Part shown: in pieces, positions 1 to 9,584 of the stretch | How positions within the stretch are numbered: position 1 is the stretch's first letter | How the letters are laid out: each line of letters begins with the position of its first letter | Assembly: GCA_965206695.1 (NCBI GenBank) | Contig: CBDBKM010000005.1 | Span: 32,001-96,000, forward strand | DNA: 64,000 nucleotides | Reading direction: 5' to 3' | Origin: Chlamydiales bacterium | Lineage (GTDB): Bacteria; Chlamydiota; Chlamydiia; Chlamydiales; JAAZZY01 | The notes under the pieces: model-generated | Told to the model about the DNA's origin: nothing | The model's database searches: none | The model's input: only the letters and a program-made list of their open reading frames with translations | Position numbers and translations under genes: made by a program

Positions 1-17
1 AAAATTAAATGACTATA
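1..17 (+). mobile_element. Terminal 17 bp of an IS630 copy (same family as 10582-11519) inserted into tnpB
   Basis: aaaattaaatgactata is identical to the element end at 20811-20827 and supplies the stop that truncates tnpB. Confidence 0.85.
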
Positions 18-943
18 TTTCTTCCGTACCATTCACACTTATACTTTAAAAATGTTAAAAACCGGCTCCATCCTACATCCGATATATGCTTGGAAAGTTT
101 TTTATTTTTTAACATCTTATTAATATTTAACCCTTCTATCGTGATCGTTTGGTTTTCACGAGCCAACTTTGTAGAAAGTTTATGATGAAAGTCCTGCCTT
201 ATATTTTTTATCTTCGAATGTATCGAAGCCACCGATCTTCTTTTTTTGAGTCTGTTTTTACCTTTGACTTTAGCTTTGCTAAGAGAACGTTGTTTTCTTT
301 TTAGTCTTTTCTTATGAAATCTAAAAGGTTTAGGTGCCGTAATCTTTTTCCCTGTAGAAAGAGTTGCGAATGTCGTTAATCCTAAATCTATACCGACAGA
401 ATTATTTCTCTTCTCAAAAGGGATCACTTCTTCTTCTACTAATAGGCTCACAAAATACCTGTCACAAGAGTCTTTTGTGATTGTTATACCTGTTGGTGTA
501 CCTAAAAAACACCTTGACCAATGTATTTTTAATCTATCTTTAGATTTTGCAATCTTAAGATTAACCCCATCCCAACTAAATGCTGACTTAGTTAATCGTA
601 TTGCCTGCGTACTGTGTTTGTTTTTAAAGCGAGGGAAATTTGACCTTTTTTTAAAAAAGTTTAAAAAAGCTCTATCAAGATCTCTAAGACTTTGTTGCAG
701 ACAAACAGAAGAAACTTCGTTTAACCAAAGAAACTCTTTGTTTTGCTTAAGACTTATCAAGAATGCCGATGTTTTAGAATAACTTACATTCTCTTTGTAT
801 TCCTGATATTTCTTGATCTTAAAGTTTAAAGCTTGATTATATACAACTCCGGAACATCCAAAGCTTTTTGCAAGCAACCCCTTTTGTTGTTTCGTTGGAT
901 AGAATCTAAATTTATATGCTTTTTTGATCATCATGTATTGCAT
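5..943 (-). pseudogene. tnpB: TnpB RNA-guided endonuclease, interrupted by IS630 before the Zn finger and RuvC-III
   Basis: AYKFRFYPT N-terminus, GIDLG RuvC-I, IEGLNI RuvC-II; ends at KCEWYGRNIV where the IS630 end begins. Confidence 0.92.
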
Positions 944-1416
944 TATATGTTCGGTATATATACATTGCCTATATGGAAAGATGGAAAACCTCTAAAACAG
1001 CAGTTTTTAACCTTAGTTACCACGTTATTTGGTGTCCTAAATATAGGAGAAAGGTTCTTGAAGGTGATATTGTTGTTCGTTTAAAGGAATTATTAGAATT
1101 AAAAGCTCTACAACTAAATATAGAGATTAACGAACTGAATATTATGCCTGATCACGTACATATTTTTTTAAATACCAAGCCTATATATTCACCACAATTT
1201 TTCATAGGACAACTTAAGGGATATACAAGCCGAATATTAAGGCAAGAATTTTCAAGCTTAAGATCTAGATTACCCACACTGTGGACACGGTCTTATTATG
1301 TTGATAGTGTTGGAAAATTAAATGAATATACAATCAGAAAGTATATACAGAATCAAAAAAACAAATAGACACTTTCATCCCACCCTTAAAAAGGTGGGTT
1401 TTCTCGTTTAATTGTC
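18..1416 (-). mobile_element. IS200/IS605-family element with divergent tnpA and tnpB; right end outside the window
   Basis: Divergent tnpB/tnpA; subterminal hairpin cccacc..ggtggg after the tnpA stop; end GACAATTAAACGAG abuts TTTAT (1417-1421, minus strand). Confidence 0.9.
973..1368 (+). CDS. tnpA: IS200/IS605 Y1 HUH transposase
   Basis: YHVIWCPKYRR, HUH motif DHVHIF, LWTRSYY, catalytic YIQNQ. Confidence 0.97.
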   Translation: MERWKTSKTAVFNLSYHVIWCPKYRRKVLEGDIVVRLKELLELKALQLNIEINELNIMPDHVHIFLNTKPIYSPQFFIGQLKGYTSRILRQEFSSLRSRLPTLWTRSYYVDSVGKLNEYTIRKYIQNQKNK

Positions 1417-1577
1417 ATAAATTCAAAAAAACAGTAATGATTTCATTTTTTTTAAGAAAGCAAAATTATGCTAATCTAATATTTACAATCTATTTCCCTT
1501 GAATTTTTCTTGATCTGACATTTCACTCTCTGCTATTTTTTCCAAACTTAAATTATAAATCTATCATCAAAAGAGTC

Positions 1578-1638
1578 TATACTTATCACATTGGAAACCG
1601 GACAGAATTGAGTTCCGGCACTTGAAATGTATCATTCA
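1578..1638 (+). repeat. Dispersed ~60 bp stem-loop repeat, copy 1
   Basis: Near-identical to 62928-62989; ccgga..tccgg stem preceded by TATACT. Confidence 0.8.
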
Positions 1639-1809
1639 ATTGTTCTACAAGCCTCTAAAATGATAAAATATATTCTTTATTTAACTTAAAAAACAATAAA
1701 ATTATTTATAAATTTCTTCATTTAGATAATTGACGATTTTTTTACTTTAATTAATTGTTGTTTTTTATTATAATTGCTTTTAGATTAAACTTCAATATAT
1801 AGTGATATT

Positions 1810-2991
1810 ATGACAATTTATTCTTTAGATAATAAACCAATAGATCTGAGTTTTGCTGATAATGTTCGTGACAACACCATTCAAGAAACAAAAAATATAG
1901 GAAACGGAAGACATATAGAAAACGGAAGACATATAGAAAACGGAAGACTTATTGATAACCTGTTTTCTATTCCATCTGATTATGTACCAACCACATTAGC
2001 TGTTCCGTCGGCCCTCGGGTCGCCGGGTCGGCATGTTTTTAAACAGGGCGGGGATTCGGTATATGTAAAAAATCAAACGATTTATATTTCAAATAAATAT
2101 TTGAAAGATAACGACCTACTACACCATAAAAAAGAGACTATAACACCTTTTCATTCCTTACCCGTAAGTCCTGCGAGATCAACAAAAGATGAAGGTATTC
2201 CAACTTGGAAAAAAGTTGCCTATGGAATAAGTGCTATTGCTACGGCTGCATTAATTGCTTATGGTGGGTACCATTCAATTTCTTATATGTTGACACCTGA
2301 ATATTCTGATATACCTACATTAGATATTTCGAAAATACCTTTAGACGGATATAAGAGATCTTGTGATTTTATTTCACAAACCTCTCAATATTCTAAATCC
2401 AAAATTTTACAAAGCATACGAGCTGAAATGAATAAAGATGAACCTCGTATGGACCTATTACAATCATGTACGAACAATGGTTGGGCCTCTAAACCTACGT
2501 CAGAAAAGGAGGGATGTAATCCTCGTAGTACCACAGGTGAATATCACTATCACGTCTTTGAGCCTTGTACGAGAAGAAGCTATGGTCGTTCTCACAGTTC
2601 CGTATCCTTCTCTAAGAGAAATCCACAAACACTTATTTATGAGACAGGTAATCATTATGATAGCCCAACATGTCTCCCTCGATTCGTTGCAGTTAACTGT
2701 GATCTTTCTGATAATAATTTGATAAACTGTGAAGGAAAGACCAAAGAAGGCGAAAGTTATAAGAAAGTTTTAGAGTTTTCTTTTCAAGAAACCTTTAAAA
2801 GTAATAATAGATCATCTATTACTGAACATATTGTTTCAAATTCTGATGAGGTTAAAAGAACATATCTTTTAGAAGAAGGTAAACCCCCTTGGTTTTTAAA
2901 TAGTCTATTGAATGAGAAAATATTTTATCAATCCGAAGCGGATGGTAGTTGCAAAAGATTGCCTATCCATTTTCGAAACAGCTTAAAGTAA
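1810..2991 (+). CDS. Hypothetical protein with one hydrophobic segment; candidate secreted or membrane effector
   Basis: 393 aa ORF, ENGRHI repeats, TM-like VAYGISAIATAALIAYGGY, Cys-rich C-terminal half; no family recognised. Confidence 0.7.
   Translation: MTIYSLDNKPIDLSFADNVRDNTIQETKNIGNGRHIENGRHIENGRLIDNLFSIPSDYVPTTLAVPSALGSPGRHVFKQGGDSVYVKNQTIYISNKYLKDNDLLHHKKETITPFHSLPVSPARSTKDEGIPTWKKVAYGISAIATAALIAYGGYHSISYMLTPEYSDIPTLDISKIPLDGYKRSCDFISQTSQYSKSKILQSIRAEMNKDEPRMDLLQSCTNNGWASKPTSEKEGCNPRSTTGEYHYHVFEPCTRRSYGRSHSSVSFSKRNPQTLIYETGNHYDSPTCLPRFVAVNCDLSDNNLINCEGKTKEGESYKKVLEFSFQETFKSNNRSSITEHIVSNSDEVKRTYLLEEGKPPWFLNSLLNEKIFYQSEADGSCKRLPIHFRNSLK
1902..1948 (+). repeat. 18 bp coding tandem repeat, about 2.6 copies
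   Basis: aaacggaagacatataga repeated. Confidence 0.9.
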
Positions 2992-3002
2992 AAGTATTTT
3001 AC

Positions 3003-3288
3003 GACAATTAAGCGAGACAATCCTTTTTTTTAACATTGGGATGAGAGTGTCTCGATTAAAGTGTTGTTTCGTATTCGTGTTAATATATTTTGTATACTAT
3101 CCCTATCTTTTAGAGCTACTTTAGGACAGTCGATAAGTTAAACCTTTGGAGATCATGTCAAACTCGGGAGGGCATGAGTTGGTTGAAGACCGTAAAAATT
3201 TCTTTGAGGAATTTTTATTGCAAAAACCAAATGTTGTTCCCGGGATAGTGATCGTTGAATAAGGCATCCCTTCCCTTGTGGGTAAGGA
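3003..3288 (+). mobile_element. Non-autonomous IS200/IS605 mini-element, long form with omega-RNA-like scaffold; right tip degenerate
   Basis: TTTAC then GACAATTAAGCGAG left end; TATACT box; CCTTTGGAGATC..GATCGTTGAATAAGGCATCCC similar to 45130-45239; no ORF. Confidence 0.8.
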
Positions 3289-3395
3289 CGAATACCCTCT
3301 TTAAGCGGGTATCACCTTTATCTATTTTATTTAAAAAGCTTAAAAATGAAAAAAAGATTCGATACTATCTACCATAGAGTTAACAGCCCTCTTAT

Positions 3396-3986
3396 CTAGG
3401 GTAAATCTTCGGGCAACCCTTCCATGCCAAGCTCTAACCGAACTCCAAAAGAATTATTCATACTAGCCAACATAAAATACTGAGAAACCAGTGTAATAAT
3501 ATCAACTATTTGATGCTCATCTAAATAACGTATTAAATTTTGCCATAACTCTTGAGAAATATTACACATTTGCATCAGTTCATCTACAGCTTGTAAAATG
3601 GCCAAATCTAATTCTTGCCATTGGTCGTCCAAGCGTCTTAAACAAAGTCGTTCTGCTTCATCTTCAGTAAAACCGGCACTTATTGCAATAGGTAGATTAT
3701 GGCCCCACACATAATCAGCTTTTTTCAAATATGCGATTCGCAATATAATCATTTCTTGAATTCTTAGATCTAATTTTACATGCAATTTAGAGGCTATCCA
3801 CCATTCAAGAAAAGGTCCAAAATATTCCGAACTTTTAGCTAGCGTACCTAATATATTTACAGGAGCAAATTTTCCTTTAAGACCTTCTTCCGGGAGTTTT
3901 TTAAGTATTTCAAACCACTCCTCTTTGAAAGTATCAAGCAACAACGGCTTACTACGCTGACTATTCGCTTCCATTGGCTTTCTCAT
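3396..3986 (-). CDS. Carboxymuconolactone decarboxylase/AhpD-family protein
   Basis: EMIILRIA..YVWGH and AILQAVDEL patterns of the CMD family. Confidence 0.8.
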   Translation of the reverse strand: MRKPMEANSQRSKPLLLDTFKEEWFEILKKLPEEGLKGKFAPVNILGTLAKSSEYFGPFLEWWIASKLHVKLDLRIQEMIILRIAYLKKADYVWGHNLPIAISAGFTEDEAERLCLRRLDDQWQELDLAILQAVDELMQMCNISQELWQNLIRYLDEHQIVDIITLVSQYFMLASMNNSFGVRLELGMEGLPEDLP

Positions 3987-4228
3987 TACTATAAAACCTC
4001 TTTTTTGATATTACTTTGTATTTATATTATAATATTCAACATTATTTTCTTAATTAATGCCTAATAAAATCGATCTATTCTTCTCTTCTTTTCTGAACGG
4101 TAAGGAGGACATTGATGTCTATTTATTGCAAAAAAAGTACGCTGTCATACTAAGATATTGAACAAAATATTCTACCTTATTATGGAGAACATTTCAACCT
4201 AAAGACATTTTTGAAACCGTAAAGCACT

Positions 4229-4315
4229 AGACTTCTTTCGAAATAAAATTTTTGATTATAGTAACCTACTTTAAAAGTAGGTTTGTACCATGAAATTTAA
4301 TTTCGAAAGAAGTCG
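4229..4315 (+). mobile_element. 87 bp MITE derived from an ISL2-type IS5 element
   Basis: Ends AGACTTCTTTCGAAA / TTTCGAAAGAAGTC match the TIRs of 53759-54662; interior keeps the transposase start ATGAAATTT. Confidence 0.8.
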
Positions 4316-4352
4316 AATGAAAAAAATCATTTCTTCCTTTTAAAAAACTAAT

Positions 4353-5522
4353 ATGAGCATACCTGAGACACCTGCACCGAAAAATAAAAAGCGAATGATT
4401 TGGATTAGTGCCTTCTGCTTTATTATTGTTATTATCGCAGTCCTAACCTTTTTTTATTGGCTTTTTGTATGGCGCCATGAAGTCTATACAACAGATGCTT
4501 ATGTTTCAGGAAATCTTGTTAACCTTAATTCTCAAGTCTCAGGTATCGTCTCTTCCATCAATATTATTGATACCGATTATGTTGAGAAAGGACAAATTCT
4601 TGTTGAGTTAGACACAACTGATTTAACCCTTACCTTCGAAACAAATTGTCAGATGCTAGCCGGAAATGTTCGCCTAGTTGTTCAAATGTTTGATGACGTA
4701 GTAGAATTAGAAGCACAAATCGTTGTTAATAAAGCCGAGGTCATCAAAACCTAACTCGATTACGAACATAGAACAGCACTTGTAAAATCCGGCAGTGTTT
4801 CCATCTAAGATTTCGAACATTCAGAAACAGGTTTTTTATCTGCCGGAGCTACTTTAGATGTCACCTTAGCTCAACTTCAAAAAGCTAAAGCTATGGTCTA
4901 CAATACAACGGTAGAAACCCATCCTCTTGTTGAAAAGTCCATATCATTAGTAAAAGAGGCTTGGGTAAATCTTAAACGTTGTAAAATTATTGCTCCAACA
5001 GATGGGTATATCGCACAAAGATCCGTCTAATTAGGCGAATGGGTAACACCTGAGGATCCCCTGTTATCGGTTGTACCTTTAAGTGAAATTTGGATTGATG
5101 CGAACTATAAAGAAACACAGTTATCTAAAGTTAGAATAGGACAACCCGTTAGGGTTCGGTCAGATTTTTACGGCGGTGAAGTTATTTTTCATGGAAAAGT
5201 GGTTGGCATAAGAGCCGGAACGGGTAGTGTCTTTTCAATCCTTCCTCCGAAAAATGCAACAGATAATTGGATTAAGATCGTTCAACGTCTACCCGTTCGA
5301 GTAGCGTTAGAACCTGAATTTTTCAAAAAATATTCTCTTCGAGTCGGGCTTTCTTTAAATGTGACTATCGATATCAGAGATACCTCAGGTGAGATGCTAA
5401 CCAAACCTAAAATTCTTAAACCTGTTTATCAAACGCATGTATATGCAGATCAAGAAGTGGGTGTCTTAAGTATTATTAGATCCATTATCTATGCAAATAA
5501 AGCTCACCCCGGCTTACCGTGA
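4353..5522 (+). pseudogene. emrA: EmrA/HlyD-type efflux adaptor with three in-frame TAA stops
   Basis: TTDAYVSGN, IIAPTDG, WIDANYKETQL, NWIKIVQRLPVR all in one frame; TAA at 4752, 4806, 5028. Confidence 0.92.
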
Positions 5523-6016
5523 GTGAATCCGGAACAAATAACTGCCTTTGCGGGCATAAGCTAATTTTTGTCTCTCTCGGTCTTGCTTTATGTATTGTCA
5601 TGCCCGCCTTAGACTTTACCATTACGATTGTTTCCCTTCCTTATATTTCCGGTGGTTTAGGAGTTAATACGTTTCAAGGGACATGGTTAGTCACAACATT
5701 TACTCTTGGCAATGCGGTAACTCTATTGATGAGCCCTTGGCTTACAAAACGTTTTGGTTCTGTTAAAGTTCTTTTAACGTCTTTGATTTCATTCATCTTC
5801 TTTTCCTTTTGTTGCGGAGCTGCTCCCACTTTTATTTTCTTATTAGTCGCTCGTGTATTGCAAGGATTAGCAGCAGGGCCTATCATCCCTATCGCACACA
5901 ATCTACTTGTCGCCTATTCACCTCCTAAACGTAAAGATAAATTAAAAAGAGGTTTAGCAGTATTGGCCTTTGCAACTGAAGTTACAAAACCATCCATAAC
6001 AGTAAACCATTTATAA
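5519..6016 (+). pseudogene. emrB: EmrB/DHA2 MFS transporter, truncated after about 140 aa
   Basis: LDFTITIVSLPYISGGLG, QGTWLVT, ARVLQG; similarity lost near 5940. Confidence 0.88.
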
Positions 6017-6340
6017 TTAAATTGTAATAAATCAAGTTAATTGTAACCTAGAATAAACAACCGGTTAAATTTAGTTTAATAGGCCTGTTTCGATCTAAGT
6101 GGTTTTTAGGCATAAGAGGTCTTAAAAAAGAGGATACGGCTTTAGCGGGTTATTTGTAAGTGATTTTAAGTTTATCTTAGTGGTTTGCTGTGGCGAGTCG
6201 GAAAATTTGACAGAATATAGGCATAGCTATACTTAGAAATTTAGCAGGATCGCAACACGCCCGGAAGGATGGGTTCTTCTTGCAATTTATGTAACTTGTT
6301 ATTAATATTTTAGCTTTAATTGAATCAATATGGCTTGTAA

Positions 6341-6643
6341 ATGAGCAATCTAGACGAAGATATAATAGCAAATTTAAGTAAACTCTCCAAAATTGCATGC
6401 TCTAAAGCAGAAAGGCAAGAACTCGTAAAAGACCTAAAACATATTTTAGATTATGTCGAACAATTACAAGAAGTTGATACTGAAGGAGTGTTGCCTTGCT
6501 GTTATGTCTTAGCAAACCATAAACATCTTATGCGAGATGACACTGTTGGGGAACTCTTACCAAGAGACACGTTTATTGCTAATACCCCTGATCATATTGG
6601 TGGAATGACAAAAGTACCCATTATTCTAAAAAAATTAAGCTAA
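6341..6643 (+). CDS. gatC: Asp/Glu-tRNA amidotransferase subunit C
   Basis: ILDYVEQLQEVDTEGV motif; upstream of gatA. Confidence 0.95.
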   Translation: MSNLDEDIIANLSKLSKIACSKAERQELVKDLKHILDYVEQLQEVDTEGVLPCCYVLANHKHLMRDDTVGELLPRDTFIANTPDHIGGMTKVPIILKKLS

Positions 6644-6659
6644 TCTCCAAGGTTGATCT

Positions 6660-8117
6660 ATGTTTAAATTATCCGCACTGGAAATTCGAGATGCATTTAT
6701 AAATGGAGAGGCCAGTGCTGTATCGATTGCCGAATACTTTTTAAAACGTATCGATACCCATAATGAAAAACTGGGAGCCTTTTTAAATGTTTTAACAAAT
6801 CGCACTCTTGAAAAAGCAAAAGAAATTGATGAAAAAAGGCGGCTGGGAAAACCTATTGGTCGTTTGGCCTGCATTCCAATAGCTATAAAAGATAATATAC
6901 ATATTAAAGGAGAAATCACAACGTGTGCTTCGAAGTTTTTAACTAATTATCGGGCCGTATTCGATGCTACTGTTGTTAAACTTTTAGAAGAAGAAGATGC
7001 TTTATTAATTGGCAAAACGAATATGGATGAATTTGCCATGGGAGGATCTACCGAACACTCAGCTTTACTTCAAACGCATAACCCATGGAATTTAGCTTGT
7101 GTACCCGGAGGTTCCTCCGGTGGATCTGCTGCTGCTGTAGCAGCTCGATTATGTCCTTTAGGTTTAGGAAGTGATACCGGTGGATCTGTTCGACAACCCG
7201 CTTCATTTTGTGGCCTAATAGGATTTAAACCAACTTATGGCCGTGTTTCACGTTTTGGTTTGGTTGCATTTGGATCTTCGCTAGACCAAATAGGAACATT
7301 TGCAACCAACACTACAGATTTAGCCCTTGCAATGGAAGTTTTAGGTAAACATTGCTCTCATGATGCAACAAGTGCAGAATTACCCTCTCATGCCTATTTA
7401 GGAAAAATGAAAAAAGATTTTAAGGATTCTAAAATTGGAGTGCCTTGGGCCTTTTTAGAATCTTTATCCGATGAAGTACGAACTCCCTTTGAAAATGGCT
7501 TAAAAGTTGCAGAACAATTAGGAGCTGAAATTGTTGATATCGATCTGAGTGTGCTCAAATATTCAATCGCTATTTATTATATTCTGGCAACAGCAGAAGC
7601 TTCTACTAATCTGGCCCGTTTTGATGGTGTGCGTTATGGCGTAAGACCCCCGGCAGATTCCTTAGACCAATTGTACGCCCTATCACGAAGTGAAGGGTTC
7701 GGAGCTGAAGTTAAAAGACGGATTTTATTAGGTACCTATGTTTTGTCTTCCGGTTACCAAGGCGCCTATTATATAAAAGCTCAAAAAGTTCGTACCTTAA
7801 TTATTAATAAATTTAAAGAAGCTTTTAAGCAATGTGACCTTGTGGCCATGCCGACAACTTCATCTCCGGCTTTTGAAGAAAATGCTGTTCATGATCCACT
7901 CAATATGTATCTTATGGATCTTTACACAATACCGGGTAATATGGCAGGCTTGCCATGCCTTAATATACCAATTGGTTTTAATAAAGATAACAAACCAATT
8001 GGCATGCAATTTATTGGCCCTCAGATGGAAGATGTCCGCGTCGTTAGTGCAGCCCATGCCATGGAAACAATGATACCTGTTAACCAAGAAATACCCGAAT
8101 TATTCAACAAGGAGTGA
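6660..8117 (+). CDS. gatA: Asp/Glu-tRNA amidotransferase subunit A
   Basis: GKTNMDEFAMG, GGSSGGSAAAV, NLARFDGVRYG. Confidence 0.98.
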   Translation: MFKLSALEIRDAFINGEASAVSIAEYFLKRIDTHNEKLGAFLNVLTNRTLEKAKEIDEKRRLGKPIGRLACIPIAIKDNIHIKGEITTCASKFLTNYRAVFDATVVKLLEEEDALLIGKTNMDEFAMGGSTEHSALLQTHNPWNLACVPGGSSGGSAAAVAARLCPLGLGSDTGGSVRQPASFCGLIGFKPTYGRVSRFGLVAFGSSLDQIGTFATNTTDLALAMEVLGKHCSHDATSAELPSHAYLGKMKKDFKDSKIGVPWAFLESLSDEVRTPFENGLKVAEQLGAEIVDIDLSVLKYSIAIYYILATAEASTNLARFDGVRYGVRPPADSLDQLYALSRSEGFGAEVKRRILLGTYVLSSGYQGAYYIKAQKVRTLIINKFKEAFKQCDLVAMPTTSSPAFEENAVHDPLNMYLMDLYTIPGNMAGLPCLNIPIGFNKDNKPIGMQFIGPQMEDVRVVSAAHAMETMIPVNQEIPELFNKE

Positions 8118-8123
8118 TTCATA

Positions 8124-9584
8124 ATGGAGACGCATTCTGATTGGGAAGCGGTTATAGGTTTGGAAATTCACGTCCAACTTAATACCATTTCAAAGCTTTT
8201 TAGCTCTGCACCCAATAATTTTGGAGACGAACCAAATTCTAATATATCTGTTGTATGTACGGGTCAACCGGGTGCCTTACCGGTTCTAAATAAGGAAGCG
8301 GTAAAAAAAGCGGTGCAATTTGGATGTGCTGTAGGAGCAGAAATAGCGCCTTTTAGCACATTTGATCGAAAATCGTATTTTTATCCGGATAGTCCAAGAA
8401 ACTTTCAAATTACTCAATTTTATCAACCCATCGTTATTGGTGGGTCCATACGTGCTGAAGTAGAAGGAAAAATCAAAAATTTTATTATTGAACACGCACA
8501 TCTGGAGGATGATGCCGGTATGCTTAAACACTTTAGTGATTTTGCTGCTATCGATTACAATAGAGCGGGAGCTCCTTTAATTGAAATCGTCTCTACACCC
8601 TGTATACATAGTCCGCAAGAAGCAATGGCATATGGAATGGCGATTAAATCTGTTATGGAATATCTTGATGCTTCAGATTGTAATATGGATGAAGGGTCTT
8701 TACGCATGGATGCTAACATTTCTGTTAGAAAAAAGGGCGAAAAAGGATTAAGAAATAAAATTGAAATTAAAAATATGAACTCCTTTTCTAACATGGGGTT
8801 TGCTCTGGAAGCGGAAATCAAAAGGCAAATTCAACGATATAAACAAAATCCCGATAAAGATCCTAATGAGGTTATTTTGCAATCAACTTTTCGCTGGGAT
8901 CCTGAAATGCGCCAAACCATTCTGATGAGAAGTAAAGAAGAGGCTGCTGATTACCGCTATTTCCCTGAACCCGATCTACCTCCGGTGATTTTAACTAAAG
9001 AATATATTGATGAGATTGCTAGTACAATAACTGAACTTCCCTTTGAAAAAACCAATCGTTATATCACAAAACTATCTATATCTAAAGATTCAGCTTTGAT
9101 ACTTACTAGTGACAAAGCTTTAGCTGATTTTTTTGAAGATGCTTTAAAAATTTGCGGCAATGCGCAAAGTCTTTGTAACTGGATTATCGTCGAATTTTTG
9201 GGTCGATTTAAAGATTCCGGAACGAACCTTCCGGCCTCAGAAATTACACCTCAAAATATTGGTAAACTTGTTAACATGATCGATAATAGAACGATTACAG
9301 GAAAGATAGCCAAAAAAGTTGCGGATGATATGGTAACAACAATGGGTAAAGACTGTGAAACAATTGTAAAAGAAAATCCGGATTACCAACCCGTTAGTGA
9401 TATGAAAGGTATTGAACAATTTGTTGATCAAGCTCTTTCAGAAAATACTCAGTCTGTAGAAGATTTCAAAGCAGGGAAAGTTAAAGCCTTTGGTTACCTG
9501 GTAGGACAGGTAATGAAGTTATCTAAAGGAAAAGCCTCTCCAAATCTTGTTAATGAGTTGCTGAAGAAAAAGCTGGCGTCATAA
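8124..9584 (+). CDS. gatB: Asp/Glu-tRNA amidotransferase subunit B
   Basis: VIGLEIHVQL, FDRKSYFYPD, DYRYFPEPDLP. Confidence 0.98.
   Translation: METHSDWEAVIGLEIHVQLNTISKLFSSAPNNFGDEPNSNISVVCTGQPGALPVLNKEAVKKAVQFGCAVGAEIAPFSTFDRKSYFYPDSPRNFQITQFYQPIVIGGSIRAEVEGKIKNFIIEHAHLEDDAGMLKHFSDFAAIDYNRAGAPLIEIVSTPCIHSPQEAMAYGMAIKSVMEYLDASDCNMDEGSLRMDANISVRKKGEKGLRNKIEIKNMNSFSNMGFALEAEIKRQIQRYKQNPDKDPNEVILQSTFRWDPEMRQTILMRSKEEAADYRYFPEPDLPPVILTKEYIDEIASTITELPFEKTNRYITKLSISKDSALILTSDKALADFFEDALKICGNAQSLCNWIIVEFLGRFKDSGTNLPASEITPQNIGKLVNMIDNRTITGKIAKKVADDMVTTMGKDCETIVKENPDYQPVSDMKGIEQFVDQALSENTQSVEDFKAGKVKAFGYLVGQVMKLSKGKASPNLVNELLKKKLAS

Noticed and set aside
4752..5030. TAA reassignment or readthrough in emrA
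   Set aside because: TAA terminates many intact genes here and the partner emrB is truncated
6080..6290. GC-richer intergenic stretch before gatC as an ncRNA or IS end
   Set aside because: No partner inverted repeat, second copy or recognisable RNA motif found
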